Shown here one piece after another: positions 1 through 12,195 of a DNA stretch of 64,000 nt; position 1 is the stretch's first letter, and every line of letters starts with the position of its first letter. The stretch covers positions 20,186,303-20,250,302 of the forward strand of contig CM082577.2 in assembly GCA_040954595.2 (NCBI GenBank). Reading direction: 5' to 3'. The notes below the pieces were generated by a model that had not been told where the DNA came from, ran no database searches, and worked only from the letters and a program-made list of their open reading frames with translations. The translations under genes and the position numbers were made by a program. The stretch comes from Balanoglossus misakiensis (taxonomy: Eukaryota; Animalia; Hemichordata).

Positions 1-2203
1 GACATTTATGTATGCATGGCATACACATACATGTACGCACTTGATTAATATATAATTATAAGAGATTATATTTTACATCACTATCATGGAGTATTTCACA
101 TAGAACAGCAAAATTTAGTTCAGGACAAAAACAGCCGTAATGCAGAAACAAAAATTTCTAAGGGGTCAAAGTTGTAATCATTTTATGTAAAGTTATTGAA
201 GTCAGGGGGGAAAAACGGAAGTTTTTACGAGTTTTTGGCTGTGTTAACTGAACACGGACACATTTAATTTATTGAAGAAGGGCTTACAAATGAACAAGAT
301 GTTTCTTTTTCTCGCTTGTTTGGATAACACGGACGCAAAGTACAGTAAGCATGCAGTGTACAGGAAACAGTTTGGTATGCATACCATCTTTTTGAGACAG
401 ACTGTCGAGCCTTTTATTTTATCAACAGTTGATTTTAGCATTGATTCATTGTATTTGTGTTAGATAGCAAGATCTGCCAATAACGCATTTGATTTTTTTT
501 GTGTGATCGAGTCGCTCGCCACACCCCCCCCCCCACCCCCTGGATTTAACGTCAACAACGGGAGTATTCATGGCAAACTTTTGATTTTGTACTACCCCAA
601 TGAGATCGGATGTTTATAAAAACACAGACCTCCTAATATTAAATTTGCTTACTACTATTACGATATGACACTGGCTAGTCAAGTTTTGTTCACAAAATAT
701 TCGTAAACTCATTGAACAGAACCTTGCGAAGTACACTTTTGTCTATGGTTCACGTACGGTTTTTACAATAGATTTTCATGGTGGCCGGCAACAGATGCTG
801 CCGGACGCTGATCTGTTCTGATCGTCGGACAGGGCCAACCAACACCAATCGGCATCATCAACCAAACCCAGCCCTGCCCGTAAATGCCTGAATAAGTTCA
901 GCCATAAAATTATCTCAACATCGATCATCAACATCACTACGTTACTCAAATAACAAGTTACGAATAAATCCAGTAAAAAATGTGTCAAACAATCAATTTA
1001 TAAAAAATGTAATGCCTGCCTAGCTTGAACTTGAAGAAACTTGGGATCTATCATCTAGCTGTCTTCCCTTTCCAAGTTCTGTAAAATATTTTCAGATGTA
1101 CACTTGAATGATCAGTGTCTTCTGCTGTACCTCCGTGTTGGCATCTGGTACATCCAAAAGCATTAAATGAAAGACAGTCCACCTGAACATACTCATGATG
1201 TGGCAGTTAGCTGGAGACACTTGTAGTTTGAAGCTTGCAAGTTTAGAAAATGGCGGCAAAATGACTTTGGCCAATTACTAGCTTTGTTTCACATCACCTG
1301 ATATCAATTAAGGTCAACCAAAGTTGGAGGTCAATTCTTGTGTCCCTGCTGCATGGATTTGTACTTTGAGAATTATTCTTGCATCATTTCTGCATAGAGA
1401 AAAGCTTTGCATCTTTGCGGCTACTTTGCGGCAAGCTCTTGTGTCCTTATTGCAAGGATTACCACCTCTACTGTAGAGCCACATTTAGTTGCGACCTGCC
1501 GCATTGCCTCTGCTGCAGAGACACTCTGTGCGAGAACACCACAGCGTGTCTGCAAGAGCACCACAATGCCTTCACAGCAGAACTGCTGCAGAGCTGCTGA
1601 AGGCTGCTGCAGACCTGCTGCTTTGTTGGCATTTTTGTAAGGGTACTGAAACCAAATTTGACATGTCAGGTACATACATACATTGATTGTTTGATGGGTT
1701 GGTGAGAGGCCAAGTTGATTCTAAACTTTGAGGTGACTTTTCACCTTCTTTATCAACTACAGTAGATGATACAGACCCCTGATTTTTAGTGGTATGGGTA
1801 TGTAATGGAACATAATTCATTTAGAAATTTTGGGATGTTTGAGCTTAGCATCAGTAATGCATACTGATTACCTAGTTATTTAACAGATTGTAACTCTATA
1901 CAATGCACATTAAAAATACTACACTTCCTTAGATTTTAGATTCAGTTGATGGGATGTATGTGAGCCATTCTGGTTTGCACACAAGGTGTCCATTGATTCA
2001 CGTTCTGATGCAAGTTTGTTTTTTGATATGTTTTTGCAGGTCTACAGTGGCTGAAGTGAACAGCTATGAAAATCCATGGCCTGTGAGCACAGAAGATTTT
2101 GAACAACCAAGAACATCACTTTAGTTGAGAGCATTATAAAATTGTCTTAATACTCCGCTTGTGTACATTCCAAGTTTTTGTATAAAAAAATATTGTAACT
2201 GTC

Positions 2204-3045
2204 GAGGTATTTAAGGGTGTCGAAAATACAAGAGTGAGGGGCCAAAGTGCGGGACACGCACAGTGCTATAAATGGCACTCTGCGGGAATTATCCGACGCG
2301 CAGGGAACGGACCTTGCTCTGTTCCCGGCGTTACACGGCCTCCACCACTGGAGGCCGTGCAGTGTAACCGGGAACACACAGACCAGTACGCAGATCTAGG
2401 AATGGACCGTTTGATTTTTCGACAGAGCAGAACAACACGTAACCTAATGTGTACTCGGACAGAGAAAAAAATGAGCCAGGCCTGTATGGCTTGTGAACGA
2501 CGTTGCATAAACGTGTGTCATCCTTGGGTTTACCACTTACGAATGCAACATCAGGACAGTAGAAAATGTCGATTGTGGGTGGTTGATCGCCCGATCATTT
2601 ATTATTTTCAACGCCCGAATGTCGTCGGTCGTCGTCAAAAATTACGATCGACCTCCTCGAAATGCAATATGAAAGTAGAAAATGTCGGTCAAAAACACGA
2701 TCGAACTCTACGCCCGAATGTCGTCGGACGTCGTCAAAAACACGAAAGACCTCGAAATGCAACAGGACAATAGAAAATGTCGATCGTGGGCGGTTGATCG
2801 CCCGATCATTAGCCGGAATGTCGTCGGACGTTGTCAAAAACACGATCGACCTCGAAATGCAACATGAAAATAGAAAATGTCGGATCGAACTCCTCGAAAT
2901 CCAAATGTAATCAAAGCCAAGGGTCCCGCAGAGTCCCACATCTTGTGCAGTGTGCGTGTATTCCCGCAGAGTGCCATTTATTGCACTGTGCATGTCCCGC
3001 ACTTTGGCCCCTCACTCTTGTATTTTCGACACCCTTAAATACCTG
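2204..3045. mobile_element. Non-autonomous TIR DNA transposon (P- or hAT-like) with an internal tandem repeat
   Basis: About 85-bp terminal inverted repeat (AGGTATTTAAGGGTGTCGAAAATACAAGAG... / ...CTCTTGTATTTTCGACACCCTTAAATACCT). Flanking direct repeat AACTGTC(G) at 2197 and 3046. Internal repeats of CCCGAATGTCGTCGG...CGAAATGCAAC...GAAAATGTCG at about 2540-2900. Confidence 0.8.
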
Positions 3046-4896
3046 AACTGTCGCTTGGATTTTAGCGATATTTTCTCTTGATACAACTATGTACAGATAA
3101 TTGCAACCAAAATGATTTGATTTTAAGACATATACAATCATAAATCATTGTCAAAGTTTGTGTTTGCATCAAATTATAAAATCACATAAAAATTTGAGAG
3201 TACTATCTTGCCAAATGATTATATAAATTCATAATTATATGTAAAGAAGTTTATAAATACATGTAAAAGAAAAAACATATTGGTAATAATGGTGTACATA
3301 GTGGTGTGCTATATTGAGTTTATTTCTGTATAGAAAATTTTGACAATTCTTTTCGAGTTCTGTTCATTGATTTGAAAGCAATCTTGTGTATCTTGAGATG
3401 CAACTGTTGACACTTGTAGGAATCAATAACCTAGCAACCACATGGCAACTGGTAAAAGTAACAAGCAAATCACGCCAAATGACAAAGTGTCTTGTGTACC
3501 CTTTTAATAATTTAAGCCTTGTTATAAAGTTTATGATACAACCACAACAATAAAACTGAACCCTCTTGTTCATTGAAAATAAATCCATTTAGAAATTTAT
3601 CCATCTGTGAATCCTACATGTACAGGTGTGTTGGATCATGGGATAAATGGACACCCTAAAATCACCGGCTGGACCTGTAATAAACTCAATCCAATTTGAA
3701 TATAAATTTGCCTGCAAGAACAGGCAATTTGCAGAACATAAGAAACACAGGTATTGAGGGGTAAGGCACCAGCTCATGTAGGCACCAGAATGCCTATTAC
3801 ATATTGACCTATATGTTAGCATGCATATATTTGACATCAGAATGTTGTAAATATTCACTCACACTATATAAGTGTTACTTCACCTGATTGTCCAGATGGT
3901 ATTTTGTTCACATATTTCCTTTATAACTTTTTGTTCAGATGTACATGTGGAGAACAGTATTGAACTAATTAACCTTCACCTTGAGTTGTTTTCTAAAATT
4001 TTCTGATAAGGATAATGATATTTTGAGTGCTTTCCTAAAAAAACATTATGCATTGATTTGTTTAAAATTGAATTTATATACTTTAAAAATATAGTGAGCC
4101 TGGTGTATTGCTCTTTTTAACCATAGCATCTTAAAGAAATGCTGATACCGTCCATAATGTATCCATGAACTGGTGAGACTTTCAGTGAATTTATGAGTAG
4201 GAATGCAGCTTTGTATAATATGTACTTCACACAGATTTAGTAAGCATGATGTATTTATTTTATTGAGGTGAATTTATAAACAACAACATTTGCACAGATG
4301 TTTTATTGTATTTGGGAATGTTTTTTATATTGACCAGTTTATGATAGGGATATCACATTATACAGATTATTCACAGCTTAATTATTCCAGTTGGGATTTC
4401 AAACTACAAAGAGTGTTACTCTTCGCATGATTTGAACAGGAGTAGATTTTTAACTGATATTGTAGAAAAACATTGTTCGCAGTATCTTGCAAATAAAGCA
4501 ACTTGCAATTTTTTTATATGCAGCGTGCGTGCGATGTAGCAGATATGACACTTGTAAACAAGAAACACCACCGAATTTCATCCATATTAAATCAAAGTAT
4601 ATTAAAAATAATTGAATTGATGGTGGTAGGTATTGTTGTAATAACAGAATACTTCTTGAATATTTGGCCAATATCAGTTGTTGAAAGTCCCTGTGTTTAG
4701 GATGCCGAAGACATTGACAGAGGAAACAATGCTAAATGTGTAGCAATGCTTTGGTACAGTTTGGATGGAAACAAGTCTAATTTTTGTTCTATTCTGTAGA
4801 TCTAGAAATAGATAAAATTTGTTCTGTCCCAGCTAGTTACCAGCAACATGTGTTAGGATTTTTTGAGTTATCTTACATATATATCTATAATCAAGG

Positions 4897-4946
4897 TAGC
4901 TCTTCATGGCAGGGCTGTGTGTCGACAGCCCTGCAATGAAGAGCTA
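4897..4946. mobile_element. 50-bp palindromic micro-element, TAG...CTA ends (Academ-like)
   Basis: TAGCTCTTCATGGCAGGGCTGT-GTGTCG-ACAGCCCTGCAATGAAGAGCTA, flanked by TAATCAAGG / TAATCAATG (9 bp, 1 mismatch). Termini resemble those of the element at 49352. Confidence 0.7.
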
Positions 4947-6075
4947 TAATCAATGTATGATTGCAGTGTACTCTGATATTTTTATTATTTTCACCTAATG
5001 TTGAAAATTGATTTCATTGCTAAGTACTGGTAGCTCTAGCTTCTGACTTGATGTACTAGTACGGTATCTTGTATAATCGCCACCCGTCATCTCTGATAGC
5101 CATTGCTTGTTCTACAATTGGTTGAAACTATAGAATGGGGATGACCATGGTAGTTGCATCACAGAATGCTTTTCTGAAAGGATTATTATGTCTTCACAGA
5201 GTTACAACCTATTAGGTTGGTGTCTAATACCCTCTGCATATGCATTGATGGTATCTAGATAATGCAGTTCCAAAAATTAACCATTTCATTGTTAGTAAAA
5301 TGTTTTTTTGGCTATAGTGCAGTATGAAACAAACAGAAAAGTACTAGGAAGTATATATTAAGTGTCAATATAAGACAGTGTCATTTGACAGTATTCTTAT
5401 TTGCAGGACATAATTGTCTCCAGAACTTGATCATTGTTCCTCAGGACAAAAATTCACACCAATACACTCACCAGCCTGATTGAGTTGTGATTCTGTTGAT
5501 GTTGGCTATCACTATCTTGTTCTTGCCAAATTGGCACTTAGCATAGGGTGTTTTGTGTGTGTGTGACAGAGACATACCAGGACACATAGTTTTCACGGGT
5601 TTTTTTTCATGTAAATCATGTTGATGTAATTTCAGTAAGAATTTAAATTAAAATGGTTGTCCAACAGTCATGCCTGTCAATTCTATTTGTACATTGTTCT
5701 TCCAAATTGCCCTGATACACACACAGCTTCAATAGCTGCCAATAAGTTCAAATCATTTTCGTGATTTTACTTTCTAACTTAAGTAGAATGGTCATGTGTC
5801 AATCACCTCAAGTGGGGTGTGTTTCCTTAGGATTTTGACCTAGAGAGGGGCAGTCAATAATATGTGGATAATATGTTACCTACACACTAGTACCAGTGCA
5901 GGGCAATCAGAAAATGTTCACAAATACAGTATATACTAGCTAAAACCAATGACAAAAGATTGTGAATTTGGCTTATGGTCAATATTACATAACCATAGTA
6001 CAGAAAGAAAGGTGTGACATGCAACTGTGGTACAGAAGAGAGGTTTGAAGATCACACTAGTTTTCACTTGTGTAA

Positions 6076-7193
6076 GGGACTGTTCAGTTTTTACGGCTGG
6101 GGGGGGGGGGGCGGCAAGTTTGTGTCATCGGTTTTCAAAATCAGGCCAACCCCCCCTTCACCCAGCACCAAAAAATGATGACCCCCCCCCCCTTTGACAG
6201 ACCCAAAAATATGATGACCCCCCCCCCCCCCCCACGCCGAAAACATACGCCGTCCTGATCCTATGTACACTGTATCCAATACAGGGAATGAGGCTCCTCA
6301 CACCTCAATTATATAAATTTCTTAAAAGTAATTGAAGTATATAATAGTATATCGTTGCAATAAAGAAATCTATGATCAAAATAAAATGACAAGTCAATAC
6401 AATAGTTGCCAGAATTGGTAAAACAAGAAAAGTGGCGGGGGTGGGCTTGGGAGGGGGTGTCCCCCTCCCACATAAGAAAATTTTGTAAAATACAGTGCTC
6501 AAAGTTGCATTTTAATGAACTCAAAAGCAAATGAACTCAATGTTAGGCCGTAAAAATTTTAATTTTGCCACTCCACTCAAAGTAAGCATCAGGGTAGGGT
6601 GGGAAGAAGTCTGCCCCGGTACACTAGACAAACCAGCGAATAAATGATATGTGGCGAAGAATGGAGGGGGTGGGTGTCCCCCTCCCACATGAGAAAATTT
6701 TGTAAAATAAAGGGCGCGAAACTGCATTTTTATGAACTCAAAAGCAAATTATCTCAATGTTTGGGAGGACCAATTTTACTTTTTGCCACTCCACTCAAAG
6801 TTAGAAGATTTGCCGTCATCTTCGTCATGACATCATTTATAAAACTTCTAGTATATAGAAGATGCAGCGCGAAAGTATAAGTTTTGGGAAATGGTTTGAC
6901 GATTATTCTCCTTTATGTATTTACTTTGTTAAATATTATCATCTGTGGGTTCGGGGTGGCAAGCACTCTGCCCTGGTACACTAGACAAACCAGCAAAAAT
7001 GGAAATGTGGCGGAGAATGAAGGGGGTGGGTACATTAGAAAATTTTGTAAAATAAAGGGCGCGAAACTGCAATTTTGTGGACTCAAAAGTAAAAGTTCGG
7101 TGGCAAAAGTATGTGACCCCCCCCTAAACGTTTAAAAAAAACAGATGACCCCCCCCCCCCCCCCCCCCCCGGCCGTAGAAACTGAACGGCCCC
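6076..7193. mobile_element. PIF/Harbinger-type MITE
   Basis: TAA on both sides. TIR GGGACTGTTCAGTTTTTACGGC / GCCGTAGAAACTGAACGGCCCC followed by poly-G/poly-C, with imperfect internal repeats. Confidence 0.75.
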
Positions 7194-7685
7194 TAAATGG
7201 ATCGATGGATCGAATAACTTTATTTTAAATGGGGAAATACATATTGGACCCAACCATATGATGTGCTGGACAAAAACACTGCTTAATTAACATTTTGCTA
7301 TTTAAAAATACATACATGCAGACAATGAAAGCAAGGACTCAGACTGATTGGCCTTTAATACAATTGTTCCTCAGAGGTAGGCAAAAACGATATTGAACCA
7401 TGATCCCCAGTATGCATGCCTTCTGTGTGCAAACAGTTTTTTTTTCATATATAGCTACTCTTACTTGGAATTTATGCTAGCAGTTTTCAACAACATGCTG
7501 GGGACACCTGTGTGTAAATGTCCAGCCATTTGTCTGTCGAGCCAATATTTGAGTGTGGATTGACTTTCAGACAAGTTGGTCTCTCTCCTGATGGCAATAG
7601 GAAAAAAATATCATGAAAAACATAGTATACTGCTTAGTATTTTACTAACTGCAGATTTCTTGATTAAATAATTTTTTAAGCTTAA

Positions 7686-8099
7686 GGATGTACGTTCAGT
7701 AAAATTGAAAGTATTGTCATTTCTTTTAATTGTGGATTTTTGGATTCTCCTTTGTATGTATAATGAAAACCTGTAATTAAATATAGGGGTCACCGCACTT
7801 GTTTTTGAAATACAGAGCCATGAATTTAGTAGATAATAGAAGAAAACTGCTGACTCAGCATTTTTCACCAATGGATTTGTCTATGGGCAAAAATTTTAGC
7901 TTAGTTCATCTCAAAAAAGAGCGTGGTGACCACACGATTATTTTTGACCAATGAATTTATTTTCACTTGACTGAGCTATGTGTAAAATTTCGTGAAAATG
8001 ATAATAGTAGAAGTTTGTTTTCTAGCAATTTTCAGTATAAACCTATGGGAAAAAGGCGAGTGCGCAAAGTTTTCCAGTGTATGTTCTGTGTGTACATCC
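7686..8099. mobile_element. TTAA-flanked MITE (Kolobok-like)
   Basis: TTAA|GGATGTAC...GTACATCC|TTAA. A partial reverse-orientation copy lies at about 58240-58516. Confidence 0.7.
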
Positions 8100-10183
8100 T
8101 TAAAGGGACATTAGCTGTAGCTTTTGGCTTTATTTTCAGTGTTATTGTTCTGTATACCAAATGCATTGCCAAAAATATGCAAATTAGCTGGAAAATTGTG
8201 AAATTGGTCAAAACTCAAAAACTCGACTAACTACTAGTCAGATTGCTTTGAAAATTCGTATGCATGTACGCCATGTCAAAATCATACAGTCCTGCCATTT
8301 TTGAGCTAATATCGTGAATTTTACTAGATTTTATGTATTTTTTTTTATTTGTCCACATCATTGGTAAAAAATCTTCTTCTCTGAAAGTGATTGGCAAATT
8401 ACTTTAAAACTTAGTATGAAGCTTCCATTGGTGATCTTAGTTTTGTTCAAATTGTCACAAAATTTGCATAGGGCCTATGTGTAATTTTGGGCAATTTTTC
8501 GCCATTTTTGATCAAAAATAATTGTCATGAATTCAAGTTTTATATATTCATAGTATCTTTTGTTAACGCTGTGCTAAATTTACTTTTTGAAGAGATCATC
8601 TGTGTGAGTAGCCTATCATATTGTACTTTTGTTGCATTGAGTTTTTTCCCTGGCATGTGCGGTGCATAATATTAGAGAAGAGTAGCAGCAATTGTTCTTG
8701 CGTTACGGTTTTTGTCTTCTTTATCCGAGATTTGAGTAGCCGTACTTTTGGGTATTTGAAGTGCCAATGCCTTTCGGAAAGACGGATGAAGTTTGGGAGT
8801 TTGTGAAACTTCTTATTTGTGAGTATTCCAGTTGGATACGATTTGAAAGTCTGTTTACCTGTGTCACGTACGATAGTGAACAGACAGTGCGTGAATACAG
8901 AAGTCAACAGTAGACTTCCTAAGTCAGCATCGATATTTCATAATTTTTCATTCTGAAGATATTCATTTTATTTTTGCTGGGGGCTAGTATTAAAGTAATA
9001 AAGTTTGTTTTGCAATTTCCTCAAACCGTGACAATAATCTTCTCTGAAACCGATTGTCAAATTGCTTTGAAATTTGGTAGGGATGTTCCTAGGGTAACCA
9101 AAGTAAGATGTTGTAAAATGGTGTTGAAATTTCCATATTTGCAATTTTTCGTCAATTTGTTTTTTAAAACCACTTGTCAGATTGCTTTGAACTTAATGGT
9201 AGGCATGTTCCTTGAAGCAGTACTGTACAAATGTGGTGATATTTGCACATTTGTTTTTATTACAAGAATCACCCAACCAAATATGATTCTATTTTGAAGG
9301 TACTGTAATCATTAAGGGGTATGTATGCCAGTGTACACTTATTTCTGTGTCCAATGTAATCTCAAGATGGGACCACAGTGTCCTTGAAGCTATGTTTAAA
9401 AAACGGTTTTAGTTCATGTGTAAACATTTCCCCCACAATATTGCCAATTTTATTTTTAAAGAACATTACTAGTGGCGTATATTTTCTATTTAGTGGTCAA
9501 AAGACATTTGCTTTCTAAGACATATAAGTTAGAAAAATATATTATAATATAATTATTTCTTATATAGCATAGGCATAGGAACGGGGGGGGGGGGGGGACA
9601 ATTCATTCATACTGTTGCCCCCACCCCACCACAATTTTCTCCCACACCCACCCCTTCATTTCTTCAACACCTTTCATTCATTGGATGGTTTATCTACTAG
9701 TGTATCAGGGCAGAGCTAGTCCATGCCCCCCCCCCCCTCAATGCTAACTTTGAGCGATGAAGTTACATTTGTCCTCCCCAACATAGTTGAGTTTATTTGA
9801 TTTTGAGTTTATTAAAATGCAACTTTAAGCTCTGTATTTTATAAAAAATTCTTACGTGGGAGGGGGACACCCCCTACACTTATCTTTCTTTAACAAATAT
9901 ACCAATTATTGTAATGACTTGTCATTTTAATTTATTCATATATTACTTTAATTATTTTAATTTATTCATATATGCAATTTTATTGTAAAAACGCATGGGT
10001 CAAAGTGTAGGCTGCTGGGCTCTTATTGGTATTGCTTGAGTTCTTCTTCATCTTAATCATACCAATTCTTTAATGTCACCCTAGATCTAGATAGAAAACA
10101 ATGTACTGCAGGCTGCGCTTCTCAGACTTGGTACATGTAGTCATGAGTATAGTCATGCTCCTTACCCGTGAATTGTTTTTATA

Positions 10184-10740
10184 AGGTCCCATTGGTTTAT
10201 ACCATGGGACCAATGGGATCAGTTGCGTCTGTATGTATGGATGTATGTCTGTATGTCCGTCCACATCAAAAACTTGAAAACCGCTGTGCATATAACCTCG
10301 ATATTTGGTGTGTAGATGCAAGCTGGGCTGTAGATGGGAGTTTGTTCAAATGAGGTTGTCCTTGCCAAAAATATGCAAATTAGCTGGGAAATGTGAATTT
10401 GGTCAAAACTCAGTGACTCAAGAACTACTGGTCAGATTGCTTTGCAAAGTGGTGTGTATTTACTTTATTGAGTTGTTTTAATTAGGCAGGAAGTTCCCTT
10501 GTGTGATTGATTTTACACAGCAAATTCCTGAATGATTACATAACTGGCTAAGTTTTAAAGAGGCCAGCTGTTCTATTTAGTGTATGTACAGTACATTGAC
10601 AGCTTATGGGTCAGTCAGTGCTTGCCCATTGATCTCTCGCTATGTGTGTGTGTGTCTGTCTGTCTGTATATGGCCATGTACTCCGGTGTAGACTTATTCT
10701 TGTGTAATCCCTCAATGGGACCACCGTGTCCTTGACGCGA
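10184..10740 (+). mobile_element. Non-autonomous Helentron/DINE-like element, family 1 (short form)
   Basis: 5' GGTCCCATTGG...CCATGGGACC hairpin, (GTAT)n tract, 3' subterminal AATGGGACC plus stem-loop GTGTC-CTT-GACGC, T-tracts on both sides. Near-identical copy at 22340-23138. Confidence 0.75.
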
Positions 10741-11580
10741 TTTTTACTCATGTGCTAGTGGCTATTGGCTTCTTAAAAAAATATAAGGCAATTCTTCAAA
10801 TGTTGTGTGGCAAGAATTGTCACTATAACTGACCAGATGCAGTGCATATAGTTATAACATTCCATAGCCTTAGAATTTGGAGAAAGCAGTTGTTGCAATT
10901 GTCATTTTCTTGAAATTTTCAGAAAAGGTGCGACAAGACTATTAAATGACCAGAAACTGCTATGTCACAACATGACAATGCTTGTTTTTGATAGAGCTGT
11001 TTGTTCAAATATTTTCACCATAGGGAAACTGTAGCATCTTGAGTGCAAGAAAAGTGCTGACTCAGCATTTTCCACAATATTTTAGAACCCCCTACTCTGA
11101 AAAATTAAATTGGGAACACCCTGTTTTCTCTCTTTATGTATATAATTATATATAGAGCTCCACATTCACTTGTCGCTATATTTTCAGTATTTTTGTTTTG
11201 TGTATACATTTGTATTTACTACCGTTTCTTGTTCAAATTGCTTAGCATTTAAGCTTATCAACATAACCTTTTATGTGTATAGTCAGCTTTGGTATATTTG
11301 GTTTAAAATTTGAACTAGAACTCTGCACTAGAATAATGGCAATAACAATGGCTCTTTACACTCATACAGGCTAACGTTGACAAGCCGAGTAGTATATTTA
11401 TAGCATGCTGTTTGAAATAGAACAAGAAACTGCACTTAAGAAAATAATAACGGCTCACTAATTGTCCCTTTAAAATTCAATGATGTGCTAAATATAAAAA
11501 ATCAGGAAAGTGACAATATTTTCAATTCTGAGTAGGCGGTAGACCATGTATAGTATCTAATAAATGTGCTATTTTAGTAT

Positions 11581-11674
11581 TTGCTGCAGTGATATAAGCC
11601 GGGTGCTGCTAGGTTGATGCTGTATTCGCAGCCATACATCAACCTAGCAGCACCCGCTACAATTATTGCAGCAA
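11581..11674. mobile_element. Short hairpin element related to the 49587-49928 family
   Basis: TGCTGCAG...GGGTGCTGCTAGGTTGATG / CATCAACCTAGCAGCACCCGCTACAATTATTGCAGCA. Arms match the TIR of 49587-49928; the TSD is degraded. Confidence 0.55.
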
Positions 11675-11789
11675 ATGTGCTGTACGAAATTTTGTCCCAA
11701 AAAGACACGCCCACCACCACCCCTCCCACCGTCGCTCCATTCCACCCCCGGTTAAAATCGTACAGCCCATAACCACGGTCATCATTTTG

Positions 11790-11943
11790 TAAACAAAATG
11801 GCGGAAGATCAGGTAGTCGCTTGGTCATCACAATAGTGCATCGCAGGTCAATCGGCCATTGTCATACCAAAAGCAGAACTCGGGTTCAACTTTAAAAGCT
11901 TGGTCTAGGCGTGGAGTGACCGTGGTCCAGGAGAAGAGTAAGT
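11790..11943 (+). promoter_or_regulatory. Candidate promoter and non-coding first exon (probably of the Josephin gene)
   Basis: CpG-richer patch with AAAATGGCGGAAG (YY1/ETS-like) at about 11795 and a strong donor GTAAGT at 11938. The next acceptor-like site before the Josephin ATG is TTTCAG at 23390-23395. The link to Josephin is inference. Confidence 0.4.
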
Positions 11944-12195
11944 AATACTTCGATTTAACTCACACCCATGATGTTGGAAATGACATATTTGCTTCGGGTA
12001 GAAAACTAATGGTGACAGCTTCGAATGTACACACCAACCGTCGTACGAATCCGAAACACACCGTAGACGGAAAAAATCCACTTTGCTTCTGGACGCAATG
12101 ATTCCAATATGACCACTTTCATGTTTTAACAGAATGGTTAGGTTGATTACAATGTTGGCTTACAAATAAGGCTGGATTATCAGGATCGTTGTTTT

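Noticed and set aside
2234-3046. Cluster of overlapping ORFs up to 179 aa
   Set aside because: They arise from the internal tandem repeat and TIRs of a MITE; the peptides are repetitive and carry no domain.
776-5500. Short ORFs and several acceptor-like sites (about 1097, 2040, 4701, 5407) suggesting an upstream gene
   Set aside because: I could not assemble a consistent reading frame or recognise a protein family. A non-coding or UTR transcript cannot be excluded without RNA data.
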